Shown here: in pieces, positions 41,442 to 51,478 of the stretch
How the letters are laid out: each line of letters opens with the position of its first letter
Position numbering within the stretch: the first letter of the stretch is position 1
Translations under genes and position numbers: made by a program
Source of the DNA: an uncultured Gammaproteobacteria bacterium
GTDB taxonomy: Bacteria; Pseudomonadota; Gammaproteobacteria; Xanthomonadales; Rhodanobacteraceae
Reading direction: 5' to 3'
Assembly (NCBI GenBank): GCA_963765335.1
Contig: CAVXWA010000010.1
Coordinates: 187,920-251,919 of the forward strand
DNA: 64,000 nucleotides
Notes under the pieces: model-generated
Told to the model about the DNA's origin: nothing
The model's database searches: none
The model's input: only the letters and a program-made list of their open reading frames with translations

Positions 41442-42683
41442 ATGCCTGCATCGTCCCACCTACCCGGCCTAATCATCATTGGCGGCGGCCCGGCCGGCCT
41501 GATGGCGGCGGAAACTGCGCGCGCGGCCGGGGTGGAAGTGGATGTCTACGAGGCGAAGGGCTCGGTCGGGCGGAAGTTCCTGATTGCCGGCAAGGGCGGC
41601 ATGAACCTCACGCATGGCGAACCCAAGCCCGCTTTCGTGCAGCGCTATGGCGCGCGTGCGAAAGAGGTCGGCGCCTGGCTTGAGTGTTTCGATGCCGATG
41701 CCTTGCGTGAGTGGGCGCGAGGCCTGGGCGTAGCGACCTTCGTCGGCACTTCCGGCCGGGTCTTTCCCAGCGATCTGAAAGCCGCGCCCCTGCTGCGTGG
41801 TTGGGTCCATCGCCTGCGCGAGAGCGGTGTGCGCTTCCACGTGCATCACCGCTGGCTGGGCTGGACCGACGACGGCGCGCTGCGCATGGCCACGCCAGAT
41901 GGCGAGCGCAGCGTGAAAGCCGACGCGGTCGTGCTGGCCCTGGGTGGCGGCAGCTGGCCGCAGCTAGGTTCTGACGGGACCTGGCAAGCATGGCTGGCCG
42001 CACGCGGGGTGCCGCTCACGCCGCTGGCGCCGTCCAACTGCGGCTTCGATATCGGCTGGAGCGAGCACCTTGCCAGTCGTTTTGCCGGCGCACCGCTCAA
42101 GCCTGTCGCCATCTACTTTCGCGACGCGAACGGCATCGAGCACACGCGCCAGGGCGAATGCGTGACGACCGCCACCGGTATCGAAGGCAGCCTGATCTAC
42201 GCGTTCTCAGGCCCGCTGCGCGAGGCGATTGCCGCGCATGGCAGGACCACGCTTGAGCTCGACCTGGCCCCCGACCGCCCTCTCGAACGCTTGAGGCGCG
42301 ACCTTGCCAAACCCCACGGCAGCCGCACGATGAGCGAGCACCTGCGCCGCCAGACGGGCTTGACCGGGGTCAAGGCAGCCCTGCTGCACGAGGTGCTGAC
42401 CCGCGAACAATTCCACGACACCGAAATGCTGGCGCGCACCATCAAGCGCCTGCCGCTCGCGCTGAAACGGGCGCGCCCCATCGCCGAGGCGATCAGCAGC
42501 GCCGGTGGTGTCCAGCTGGAGGCGCTCAACGACCAGCTGATGCTAACCGCCCTGCCTGGCGTGTTCTGCGCCGGCGAAATGCTGGACTGGGAGGCACCCA
42601 CCGGCGGCTACCTGCTCACCGCCTGCTTCGCCAGCGGCCACCTTGCCGGGCGCGGCGCGGCCGACTGGCTTACGGCTCGCTGA
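41442..42683 (+). CDS. HI0933-like flavoprotein
   Basis: IIGGGPAG, GRKFLIAGKGG.NLTH, AISSAGG, WEAPTGGYLL. Confidence 0.92.
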   Translation: MPASSHLPGLIIIGGGPAGLMAAETARAAGVEVDVYEAKGSVGRKFLIAGKGGMNLTHGEPKPAFVQRYGARAKEVGAWLECFDADALREWARGLGVATFVGTSGRVFPSDLKAAPLLRGWVHRLRESGVRFHVHHRWLGWTDDGALRMATPDGERSVKADAVVLALGGGSWPQLGSDGTWQAWLAARGVPLTPLAPSNCGFDIGWSEHLASRFAGAPLKPVAIYFRDANGIEHTRQGECVTTATGIEGSLIYAFSGPLREAIAAHGRTTLELDLAPDRPLERLRRDLAKPHGSRTMSEHLRRQTGLTGVKAALLHEVLTREQFHDTEMLARTIKRLPLALKRARPIAEAISSAGGVQLEALNDQLMLTALPGVFCAGEMLDWEAPTGGYLLTACFASGHLAGRGAADWLTAR

Positions 42684-42790
42684 CGATTACTGCGCGACGC
42701 GTCGCAAGGCGGAAAATCCGCGCTACATCTTTCCGGCAAGTAGCCGATACAGAAGCGACGCGAAGGCGTGCACGGGGAGCGGAAGGCAAG

Positions 42791-43819
42791 ATGAAGGGCA
42801 ACTGGTGGCGACTCTTCGCACGTGAACGCGCGCCGGCAACCCCAGCGCCGCGTCAGGCTGCGTTCGATCGCAACACGCCGAACCTCATTGAGGCCTCGCA
42901 TGGCACCGTGTCGGGCGACGAGGTTGAGGAACACTTCCACCGCTTCATTCTGAACCTGCCACCCAGCACGGGGGATAGCGCCGCGCCCGCAGGGGAGCAA
43001 GCCTTGCTCCAGCGCCTGACGGAGCTCTGCGACAGTGGCCGCTTCGATGTGCGCACGCTGCCGCGCATGCCCACGGTACTGCCCCAGCTGATGCGTGCCA
43101 TGAAGAGCGACAACCTCAATGGCGCCCAGTTGGCCAACCTGATTCGCCGTGACCCGGTGCTGGTGGGCGAAGTCATGCGCGTCACCGGCAGCATCACCTA
43201 CCGCACCGCCCATCCGGTCGGAAGCCTGCAACACGCCGTGGTGCTGCTTGGCCAGATCGGCCTGCGCCACGTGGTGACGTCCTACGTGATGAAACCCATC
43301 CTGATGGCCAGCGCGGGCGCCAATGGGCAGCTCGTTGGGCAACGCCTGTGGGACCACGCTGAACGCAGCGCCCATGCCGCCGTCTTTCTCAGCAAGGGTC
43401 AGTGCGACCCTTTCGAGGCTTATCTCGCTGGCCTGGTCGGGTATAGCGGCCTTGGCGCCGTGGCACGCCTGCTGGAAAAAGACCTGGAGGTGACGTTGAC
43501 CAGCTGCTCGCCCGCCTTTGTCCAAGGATGTGCCCAGGTCGCCATGCGCCTCACCGTGCAAGTGGGCCGCCATTGGGACTTGCCGCCGCCGGTGCTGGAT
43601 GCGCTGATCGAGCACGCCGACACCGGTCGGCATGCGATGGCCTTACCGATGAGCCGCGTGCTTCATGCGGCTCAGCGGCTGGCCATGCACCAGTTGCTCG
43701 CCGAACATCGACTGGTGGATGCCGAGGCCGACTTCACCGACGGCTCGATTGCCCAGTTCCCGTCCATGCTACTGGCGCGCTGTCAGCAGGATCTGCGCAA
43801 GAACTTCGCTACGCAGTAG
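42791..43819 (+). CDS. HDOD domain-containing protein
   Basis: LPRMP, IRRDPVL, SLQHAVVLLG, LWDH, HWDLP. Confidence 0.88.
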   Translation: MKGNWWRLFARERAPATPAPRQAAFDRNTPNLIEASHGTVSGDEVEEHFHRFILNLPPSTGDSAAPAGEQALLQRLTELCDSGRFDVRTLPRMPTVLPQLMRAMKSDNLNGAQLANLIRRDPVLVGEVMRVTGSITYRTAHPVGSLQHAVVLLGQIGLRHVVTSYVMKPILMASAGANGQLVGQRLWDHAERSAHAAVFLSKGQCDPFEAYLAGLVGYSGLGAVARLLEKDLEVTLTSCSPAFVQGCAQVAMRLTVQVGRHWDLPPPVLDALIEHADTGRHAMALPMSRVLHAAQRLAMHQLLAEHRLVDAEADFTDGSIAQFPSMLLARCQQDLRKNFATQ

Positions 43820-43837
43820 CTGGCCCGTGCGTGCGCA

Positions 43838-44836
43838 TCACTCAGTTGCCGCGATACTCGCCCTGACCTGCGCCACGATGTCGAACGAACGGCAACGCGC
43901 TTCGTGCTCGAACACGTTGGCGGTGACCATCAATTCATCGGGACGATGCCGCGCCACAAACGCCTCGATACCTTGCTTCACCGTTTTTGCGTCGCCGATC
44001 ACCGCGCACGCCAAGGCGCGTTCCACGCCGAATTTTTCGGTGGGCGTCCAGTAGCTTTCGATATCGTCGATCGGCGGCGGAATCAGCCCCGGCCTTCCAC
44101 GACGCAGATTGATGAAACTCTGCTGCTGGGTGGTGAACAGGCGTCGCGCTTCGGCATCGCTGGCCGCGGCGACCACGTTGATGCCGAGCATCGCGTGGGG
44201 TACCTGCAAGCGCGCCGACGGGCGGAAGTCCCGGCGATACAACGCCAACGCTTCATCCATCGCATCCGGCGCAAAGTGCGAGGCAAACGCAAACGGTAGC
44301 CCCATGGCCGCAGCAAGGCGCGCGCTGAAAAGGCTCGACCCCAACAACCACACCGGCACATCGACGCCGGCTCCCGGCACCGCACGCACCGGCTGCTCGG
44401 GCGTGGCCTGCTCGAAGTAAGCGAGCAACTCCTGCACGTCAGCGGGGAACGCATCCGCACTGTCGAAGTAACGTCGCAAAGCCCTCGCGGTAGCTTGATC
44501 CGTACCCGGCGCCCGCCCCAGACCCAGGTCGATGCGGCCCGGATATAACGACGCCAGCGTGCCGAACTGCTCAGCTACCTGCAGAGGCGCATGGTTCGGC
44601 AACATGATGCCGCCCGCGCCCACGCGGATGGTCGAGGTGCCACCCGCCACATGCCCAATCAAAACCGCCGTCGCCGCGCTGGCGATGCCCGGCATGTTGT
44701 GGTGTTCGGCCAGCCAGTAGCGCGTGTACCCAAGGCGTTCGGCACGGCGTGCCAGATCCAGCGTATTGGCAAATGCCTGGGTCGCGTCGCTGCCTTCAGT
44801 CACCGGTGCCAGATCGAGTACAGAAAAGGGAATCAT
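43838..44836 (-). CDS. LLM-class flavin-dependent oxidoreductase (luciferase-like)
   Basis: [29 protein letters not shown]. Confidence 0.94.
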   Translation of the reverse strand: MIPFSVLDLAPVTEGSDATQAFANTLDLARRAERLGYTRYWLAEHHNMPGIASAATAVLIGHVAGGTSTIRVGAGGIMLPNHAPLQVAEQFGTLASLYPGRIDLGLGRAPGTDQATARALRRYFDSADAFPADVQELLAYFEQATPEQPVRAVPGAGVDVPVWLLGSSLFSARLAAAMGLPFAFASHFAPDAMDEALALYRRDFRPSARLQVPHAMLGINVVAAASDAEARRLFTTQQQSFINLRRGRPGLIPPPIDDIESYWTPTEKFGVERALACAVIGDAKTVKQGIEAFVARHRPDELMVTANVFEHEARCRSFDIVAQVRASIAATE

Positions 44837-44970
44837 GCTTGCGTCCTCGGCAAGGAAGCCAACGATGTGGGGACACCTGCGGCAAATGCCAGCCCTGCCT
44901 CCCCTTGGCGCCCTGCCGCACGGCTCAATTAGGCGTAGTCTTTGCGCACCATCGCCGGGAGAGACACGCC

Positions 44971-45801
44971 ATGCTCCGCCGAACCTGCACAGCGCTTGCC
45001 CTGCTTGCCGTTACCCTGCTGTTCCCCGTCGCGGCCAGCGCCGCCTCCACCGACGACACCACCGCCTTGCTTCAGCAGGCGGTCAACGGTTCATGGCGCC
45101 CGGCACCGAACAAGGCACGCGATGCCTACCGGCACCCGGTCGAAACCTTGCAATTCTTTGGCATCCGGCCGGACATGACGGTGATCGAACTGTCGCCCGG
45201 TGGTGGCTGGTATACCGAGATACTCGCGCCCTTTCTTTATGAGCACGGCCATCTGATAGAAGCCGCTTCGCCAAAGGCGGAAAAATTTACCGCCAAGCTC
45301 AAGGGCAATCCTGCCGTGTTCGGACATATCGCCGGCATGGTTCCGTTCGCGCCGCCCGACCATGTGAGTCTTGGTCCCGCAAACTCGGCCGACATGGTGC
45401 TCACGTTTCGCAATACCCATGACTGGCTCATCGATAGTCCCGCCACGCTCGAAGCCGTCTTCAAATCCGCGTTTGATGTACTCAAGCCCGGTGGCGTATT
45501 CGGACTCACTGAACACCGCGCCAAACCATTCGCCGATCCACGCGTGACCGCGGGCGCGCTGCACCGCATCCCTGAGGACTATCTGATCGCGCTGGCACTC
45601 AAGACCGGTTTCCAACTCTCCGGCGTCTCGGAAATCAATGCAAACCCGACCGACCCGGAAGACATCAACATCCATCGCCTGCCGCCGGACCTGGCCGGCC
45701 CCGAGGATGAACACGAAAAAATGAAAAGCATTGGCGAATCCGACCGTATGACGCTGCGTTTTGTGAAACCCTTGGCCGGCAACACACCGGCAAGCCGTTA
45801 G
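44971..45801 (+). CDS. Exported class I SAM-dependent methyltransferase-like protein
   Basis: Signal peptide, [47 protein letters not shown]. Confidence 0.88.
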   Translation: MLRRTCTALALLAVTLLFPVAASAASTDDTTALLQQAVNGSWRPAPNKARDAYRHPVETLQFFGIRPDMTVIELSPGGGWYTEILAPFLYEHGHLIEAASPKAEKFTAKLKGNPAVFGHIAGMVPFAPPDHVSLGPANSADMVLTFRNTHDWLIDSPATLEAVFKSAFDVLKPGGVFGLTEHRAKPFADPRVTAGALHRIPEDYLIALALKTGFQLSGVSEINANPTDPEDINIHRLPPDLAGPEDEHEKMKSIGESDRMTLRFVKPLAGNTPASR

Positions 45802-45890
45802 GTCGCGCGTTGTCGATAGCCGGGAAGTTGCCAAGGCCGGCACGCGCGCCTTGGCTGACGGCGCGACGTGATGCTCGATCCCAGCGCGCC

Positions 45891-45929
45891 CAAAAAAAGA
45901 AAAAAAAGCGGCCCACAATGTGGGCCGCC
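45891..45929 (-). terminator. Intrinsic terminator
   Basis: gcggcccaca-a-tgtgggccgc preceded by long A run on the + strand. Confidence 0.8.
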
Positions 45930-45948
45930 AACGCGTCGCTCCTATTGC

Positions 45949-46725
45949 TTACTTGCTGGTCGGCTTGTAAGTCAGATCGGTATTGTAGCTGTCGACATGC
46001 GAAGACGATTCCTGGACGACATCGTTCAACGATTTGCGTAGCGCCGCGGTATCGTTCTTGCCATAGACGCCCTCGACCATCTTCCACAGCGTCGGATTCA
46101 TTTCATTGCCCACTTCCCCCCAATTCTTGGCGGGCCACAACACGACGAAATCCGGTGCGCCATCCGCACCTGCCCGAACCTTGCCGACCACATAGTGGCC
46201 TGGCCAGTTCGCCTTGTTGGCGGCAGCGGTAATCTTCTTTACGGCATCCGTGAAAGTCTCCGAGGCCTCGTGACCCGGCTTGAGCTTGAAGTACGTCACT
46301 TCGATGAAGGGCGCCGTCATGCTTGCTCCCTTGGCCATGTGAGTCAGCTCGGGCATGACCTCCATGAAGGCGCTGGTCTCGCTCTTCAAATGCGGATTGA
46401 CGTTGGTGCGGAGCGCTTGATCGCATGCCTTGCCCGCGGCCTGCATCGCATCGAACGTTTCCCAGCTAACCGGCTGCGAGGTAAACGAATAGCTGTAGGT
46501 ATCGCCGGTTTCATGCGCCCAGGCATCCCATTCGAACTTGAAACCGTGCTGGGCCAGGCACTGGTTGAACGCCTTGGTGCCCGCCTCATAGGCTTGCTGA
46601 TCCGCCGGCGCCACCACGTCGGTGTACACCCGGATGATGTTCGCCTTGCCCGGCTCTTGCGCATGCACGGCCGACATGCATGTTAGTGCGATCGCTGACG
46701 CCAGCCAGAATCTCGTGCTCTTCAT
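45949..46725 (-). CDS. Secreted hypothetical protein (two-repeat alpha/beta barrel-like)
   Basis: GGAGG RBS, signal peptide MKSTRFWLASAIAL, downstream terminator. Confidence 0.75.
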   Translation of the reverse strand: MKSTRFWLASAIALTCMSAVHAQEPGKANIIRVYTDVVAPADQQAYEAGTKAFNQCLAQHGFKFEWDAWAHETGDTYSYSFTSQPVSWETFDAMQAAGKACDQALRTNVNPHLKSETSAFMEVMPELTHMAKGASMTAPFIEVTYFKLKPGHEASETFTDAVKKITAAANKANWPGHYVVGKVRAGADGAPDFVVLWPAKNWGEVGNEMNPTLWKMVEGVYGKNDTAALRKSLNDVVQESSSHVDSYNTDLTYKPTSK

Positions 46726-47281
46726 GAAACCTCCCTCGGGGCCTGGGCCCCCATTTGGTTTGGGTTGGTTTGACTGCGGCACCCGCCACACGCGAAGGCC
46801 GCCCACGACGCAGGCAACTCGCAACAGGAGTGACTTACTTGCGATGACCTGTGACCGCCTACGCATGGACGCACAGGGAAAGGAAGGACTGGGTGCGCAC
46901 GCGGTATCCACGCTTTGCAGCGCGCGAATCGTCACTGAGTAAGCGCGTGCTTGGACGAGTCGGCCGCCATCGATGCCATCGCGGCGTCGATGCGGCAGTC
47001 CAGCGGATGGACACCGCTTGCAGAAGACTGGTAGCGAACGGCGGCACACGGCGCATGACGTTTTTTGCGTTCCCGGTCGGCAACACCACGGATGCAATAC
47101 GCCCGGCCAAGCCGAAGCGACGCGTCCTACGTCATGGCGTATCGGTTTGTTGGAGCAACTGCCGGGCGGCGGCGCTCATTAGGGAGTTGTCGGGCTTGTC
47201 CGGAAATAGGCCAGAAAGCATAGGCCGCCGGCTCGGAGCCTCTCCAGGGAAGGTGGCGCGCGCCTGCGCGCTACCCTGGCA

Positions 47282-47955
47282 TCAAGTGCGCAGTACGGGC
47301 ACGCCCATGGCGAACGATGCCTTGGCGATGCGGCCGTCTGCAATCTCGTAGATGCAAAGCATCTCCATGCTGCCCTTGCCCTCGGGAAAGTTGCGGGTGA
47401 CCTCTTCGAGGTCGACCACCACGTGCCCCATCACGACCCGGCTAAGCAGCCGGGCGTGCAGATCGGGTTCCGCAAGGCGGAGCAGGATGCGACGGCGCAA
47501 CTCGTCATGACCCCGCGCCAGCCTTTCGCCGTGCAGCACATGCTGCTCGGCGTCGGCTGCGTAGGTAGCGAGCCAGGCTTCGACATCCTTGTCGTAAGAG
47601 CCTGTTTGCGATCTCCGCGTGGCCCGCGCCGGGAGCTGTTTGCGCGCAGGCCAAGGAAGATGGAGGGAGTGTACGTCCGTACACGACCGAGTGATGACGA
47701 TGGCCTGCGGGCAAACAGACCCGGCCCGGAGGGTTGAGCCCGTGTGCCCGCCAGGGAGCGGCACGCGGCTCGACCTGACGGCCAGTCCTCGCTCCTCAAA
47801 GCCGGCGCCATCCATGGCGCCTCCCCGCGTGCAGGCGCTTCGCCACGCACCGCTCCCTGGCGGGCACACGGGCTCAACGCGGGCTACGCGGAGATCGCAA
47901 ACAGGCTCTTAGCCTCAAGCTGCCGCTGGATCAAGGCGGCCGGATCGGTACTCAC
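47282..47955 (-). pseudogene. SnoaL/NTF2-like protein interrupted by MITE
   Basis: 5' part STDPAALIQRQLEA and 3' part YDKDVEAWLATY...VVDLE...CIYEIADGRI rejoin in frame when 47598..47908 plus one 3-bp flank is removed. Confidence 0.85.
47598..47908. mobile_element. MITE family A, copy 3
   Basis: GAGCCTGTTTGCGATCTCCGCG...CGCGGAGATCGCAAACAGGCTC, flanks TAA/TTA. Confidence 0.9.
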
Positions 47956-47957
47956 GC

Positions 47958-49115
47958 TCAGCGCATGATGCCGGTATGGCCCAGCGAGTAACGGCCCGGC
48001 TGCGGCCACACGGTGAGGCCGTGCGGCTCCTGGCCCACCTTGATGGAGCGGACCTGGCCCGTGGTCGTGTCGAATGCGTAGACCACATCGTCGAAGCGGC
48101 CGGACAGCCACAGCGTCTTGCCGTCCGCACTGACGTTGCCCATGTCCGGGCTGCCGCCGCCGGGGATCGGCCAGTTCGCCACCACCTTCTGGGACGCAAA
48201 GTCGATCACCGACACGCTGCCCTTGCCGTTGCGCGGGCCATGAATCTTGTTCGAACCACGGTTGGCGACGTACAGCTTGGTACCGTCACGGCTCGGGTAG
48301 AGGCCATGCGTGCCCACGCCGGTTTTGATGAAGCCGACCTGCTTGAAGCTCGCACTATCGATCAGGTAGACGCCATCGGCCATCATGTCGGCCACGTAGA
48401 ACGTCTTGCCATCGGGTGACGAGCGGATGTCCTGCGGCATGCCGCGCTTGGCCAGGTCCAGGTAACCCACCACCTGGCGCTTCACCAGGTCGATCTTGGT
48501 CAGCTTGCCGGTGAATTCGCAGGTAAAGATCGCGTAGGTACCGTCGATGGCGAATTCGGCATGGTTGATGCCCTTGCACTCCGGTGCCTGCAGGCTGGAG
48601 TGCATCGCCATGGTGTGTGCGTCGCGGAAATCCAGGCGCGCGTGCGCCTCGACCACGACGATGGCTTCCTTGCCGTCCGGCGTGAAGTACATGTTGTACG
48701 GGTCATCGACCGGAACGTTCGCGCCAGGCTTGCCCGTGCGGGCGTCGATCGGCGTGAGGCTGCCGTCGGTGCCACGCTCAGCGTTATTGGTCACCCACAG
48801 GGTGCGCAGATCCCACGACGGCACGACGTGCTGCGGGCTGCGACCGACCTTGAACTTGTCGACGACCTTGTACGTCGTCGGATCGATGACGTAGACGTCA
48901 TTCGAGCGCAGATTGGGCACATAGATGCGCGCCGGATCCTTCGCCACGGCGGGGCTCAGGCGATCGAGCCCTGCCTCGCTGTACATGTTGGCGGGATTGA
49001 TCACCGGCGGCATGCCGGGAACGGTGGTGACGGACGAGGCCGCCAGGGCGTTGCCGCCCAGGCATGCTGCGGCAAACGCAAACGATGACAGGCGGAACAG
49101 ACGGGATGAGCGCAT
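47958..49115 (-). CDS. YncE/YVTN-family beta-propeller protein, exported
   Basis: Signal peptide, repeated VYVID, PSWD, TPDGK, SPDGK, SRDG, SADGK blades; start uncertain. Confidence 0.9.
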   Translation of the reverse strand: MRSSRLFRLSSFAFAAACLGGNALAASSVTTVPGMPPVINPANMYSEAGLDRLSPAVAKDPARIYVPNLRSNDVYVIDPTTYKVVDKFKVGRSPQHVVPSWDLRTLWVTNNAERGTDGSLTPIDARTGKPGANVPVDDPYNMYFTPDGKEAIVVVEAHARLDFRDAHTMAMHSSLQAPECKGINHAEFAIDGTYAIFTCEFTGKLTKIDLVKRQVVGYLDLAKRGMPQDIRSSPDGKTFYVADMMADGVYLIDSASFKQVGFIKTGVGTHGLYPSRDGTKLYVANRGSNKIHGPRNGKGSVSVIDFASQKVVANWPIPGGGSPDMGNVSADGKTLWLSGRFDDVVYAFDTTTGQVRSIKVGQEPHGLTVWPQPGRYSLGHTGIMR

Positions 49116-49186
49116 AGAAGTAGCGATGGCCATGGGCAAACAACGTATGAGTTGGGGGGAGTCCGGGTGTCGTTCCCGCAAGGGAA

Positions 49187-50005
49187 TCAGCGGCTCTGGG
49201 TGTCTTTCCGGAGCGCGTCGACGGTATGTAACACAATAGCATCGATGCCGATCTGACCGAGCTCAGCCGAGGCCTTGCGCGGGTCGCCGCCGTAGACGCC
49301 ATCGGCGGGGCCCAGCTTGGGGCCGTGCTGGAGGCGATCGAGCCGCACCATTTGCGGCGCGACCGCCAGCTGCAGCGAGGTATCCGCCAGACCCGCGTGG
49401 GTACCGATCTCGTCATCGCGAAAACCGCGCTGGCGCAGCATCTGGGCATAACCATCCGACGAGGTCTCGTAGTACGCCGGCGGCACGATGGCGCGCAGCT
49501 TGGAGCCGGACCATGCCTTGTTGAGGCGTGCGGCGACCAGGTCGAGATCCTTCTGGTAGCCACCGTGGTCACCCAGGAACACGATGTTGCGGAAGCCATG
49601 CGCGGCAAAACTCTGCGCCGCGGACTCCAGCATCTGTTCGAACGCGGCGTCGGAAATCGTGATGGTTCCGGGAAAACGCATATGCGAGGTCGGCGGCGCA
49701 TAGCCGCCTTCCGGGACGTAGGCGATCACAGGCGCGACCAGCGCGTTGCCCAACCCTTCCGCGATCTTCCGCGACAAATAGGCAGCACGCGCATTGTGCT
49801 TGCCGACGGCGATGCCGGGCCCGCTCTGCTCGGTACCGCCGATGGGAATGATGATGGTGGTCTTGCCGGCCTGGACCTGGTCACGGATTTCCGTCCAGGT
49901 CAGATCCTCCAGCACGACGGTCTTCCGCGTCGATTGCGCGAACGATACCTGCGTGGCGAAGAACAGCATGGCAAAGGCGAACACACGCAGGGATGGGTGG
50001 CGCAT
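49187..50005 (-). CDS. Creatininase family protein with signal peptide
   Basis: LEDLTWTE, PIGGTEQSG, FPGTI, GDHGG, HAG..DTS. Confidence 0.9.
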   Translation of the reverse strand: MRHPSLRVFAFAMLFFATQVSFAQSTRKTVVLEDLTWTEIRDQVQAGKTTIIIPIGGTEQSGPGIAVGKHNARAAYLSRKIAEGLGNALVAPVIAYVPEGGYAPPTSHMRFPGTITISDAAFEQMLESAAQSFAAHGFRNIVFLGDHGGYQKDLDLVAARLNKAWSGSKLRAIVPPAYYETSSDGYAQMLRQRGFRDDEIGTHAGLADTSLQLAVAPQMVRLDRLQHGPKLGPADGVYGGDPRKASAELGQIGIDAIVLHTVDALRKDTQSR

Positions 50006-50298
50006 CTGGGAAAGTCCTTGCGACAAGCAGCGGGTCGGCATCGTGATAGCCCAGTCGAGCTCGGTCTGCCCACGGTCGCATAGCTTGCCGCATATGGCTG
50101 CGATCCACGAGATGGTGCGCGAGCAGCCCTACACGGTCCCTTCATGTTGGCCATGGTTCGTTCCCGCATGGAAACCCAAATTGCCTCCCGCTGGGATGAC
50201 GCACCTTGGAAAGTTTCTCGAGACCCCGCATCGCTTCGATGCAGGCACATCCGTGCATGCCCCCATCTGGTGCGCAAGCCATACATCAAAGAGGTCGA

Positions 50299-50511
50299 TC
50301 AGTCCGGCGATTGCCCCGGATGGCGCTCTTTCCACGCCGCCAGCGCCTCGTAGTACTGCGTCAGCGCGTCCTCGTAAAAGTCGAAGATGCAAGGCACGCA
50401 GCCTTGACCGCAGCAGTCGCCGGCATCGGGTTCGATAGGCTTTACCGGGGGCGGATCATCGGAGGGCGCGGACGCACCCTCCGTCGCGTTGGGTCGTTCT
50501 GAATCAGTCAA
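50299..50511 (-). CDS. Oxidoreductase-like domain small protein
   Basis: P..P...DCCGQGCVPCIFDFY motif. Confidence 0.85.
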   Translation of the reverse strand: MTDSERPNATEGASAPSDDPPPVKPIEPDAGDCCGQGCVPCIFDFYEDALTQYYEALAAWKERHPGQSPD

Positions 50512-50515
50512 ACCA

Positions 50516-51289
50516 TTATCCGGGCTTGCGGAATCGATAGACGAACTGGTCCGTATGACCTCGTATCGACTTGTCGAATACCTTGATGTTGTGCGGATCG
50601 GCCGGGTTGCGCAGCACGTCGCTCTCGCCGTCGAACACGAAACCGACCGACTCGACCTGTTTCTTCACGATGGCCGGATCAATCCGGTGCAGCGTGTCGG
50701 TGTCACGCATGCCGGAGCCTGCTTCGGCCACGTGGTCCACGACCACGAACACGCCACCAGGCTTGAGCGAATCGAATACCTGCTTGTCGAACGCCACCGG
50801 GTCGATCTTGCCCATGAAGGCATCCGGATAGTCGTGGTAGTTCTGCGAGGTGAACACCAGGTCGACCTTCTCCGGCGTCTTGAACTGCGCCGCCGGTACC
50901 ATCAGCACACCGACGTTGTCGTAATGCGGCATGGCAACCAGCGCCTTGGATGCCTGCACATCGGACTTGGCCTCCTTGCCATATTCGTTCGGCCACACGG
51001 CATAAACGCGCCCCGTCGGCCCCACGATGGCGCTGAACACGCGCGTGAAATAACCACTACCCGGGATCAGATCCACCACTTTCTGGCCCGGCTTCACCTC
51101 GGCGAAGGTAGCCAGTGCGGCGATCTTGCGTCGATCGTCGTTTACGGTGTCGTCCTTTCGTACCGGATCGTTGATGGCCGCGATGACGTACGCGGGAACG
51201 GCACCCGCCGAGGCGGCCTGTGGCGCAGCCACCGCCACGGTGACAGGGAAAGCGAGAGCAACCAGCACTGCAAGAACGGTCGGACGCAT
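50516..51289 (-). CDS. Exported class I SAM-dependent methyltransferase-like protein
   Basis: Signal peptide, VVDLIPGSGYFT, SQNYHD, LKPGG, HRIDP, RGHTDQF. Confidence 0.88.
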   Translation of the reverse strand: MRPTVLAVLVALAFPVTVAVAAPQAASAGAVPAYVIAAINDPVRKDDTVNDDRRKIAALATFAEVKPGQKVVDLIPGSGYFTRVFSAIVGPTGRVYAVWPNEYGKEAKSDVQASKALVAMPHYDNVGVLMVPAAQFKTPEKVDLVFTSQNYHDYPDAFMGKIDPVAFDKQVFDSLKPGGVFVVVDHVAEAGSGMRDTDTLHRIDPAIVKKQVESVGFVFDGESDVLRNPADPHNIKVFDKSIRGHTDQFVYRFRKPG

Positions 51290-51416
51290 GACGAACTCCG
51301 TAGTCAGGTGAGGGGCGCGCCATTGTGCGCCCCTACAGGGTAACCCGCGCCATGCCCTTTGGCATAAGAGTCCGTTCAAAGCCTCCGCGTCGCCCGCGCT
51401 TTGGCATTGAACAGAC

Positions 51417-51472
51417 GCTAGGCGCCTGTTCACGATCCACGCATGGGCATGCGCGAAGCGTGAACAGGCGCC
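51417..51472. repeat. Collapsed relic of MITE family A ends
   Basis: ggcgcctgttcacg...cgtgaacaggcgcc inverted repeat resembling family A termini. Confidence 0.5.
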
Positions 51473-51478
51473 GACGGC

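Noticed and set aside
46726-47281. Long intergenic gap with several short ORFs
   Set aside because: No RBS-supported ORF with protein-like composition and no convincing repeat or RNA structure seen.
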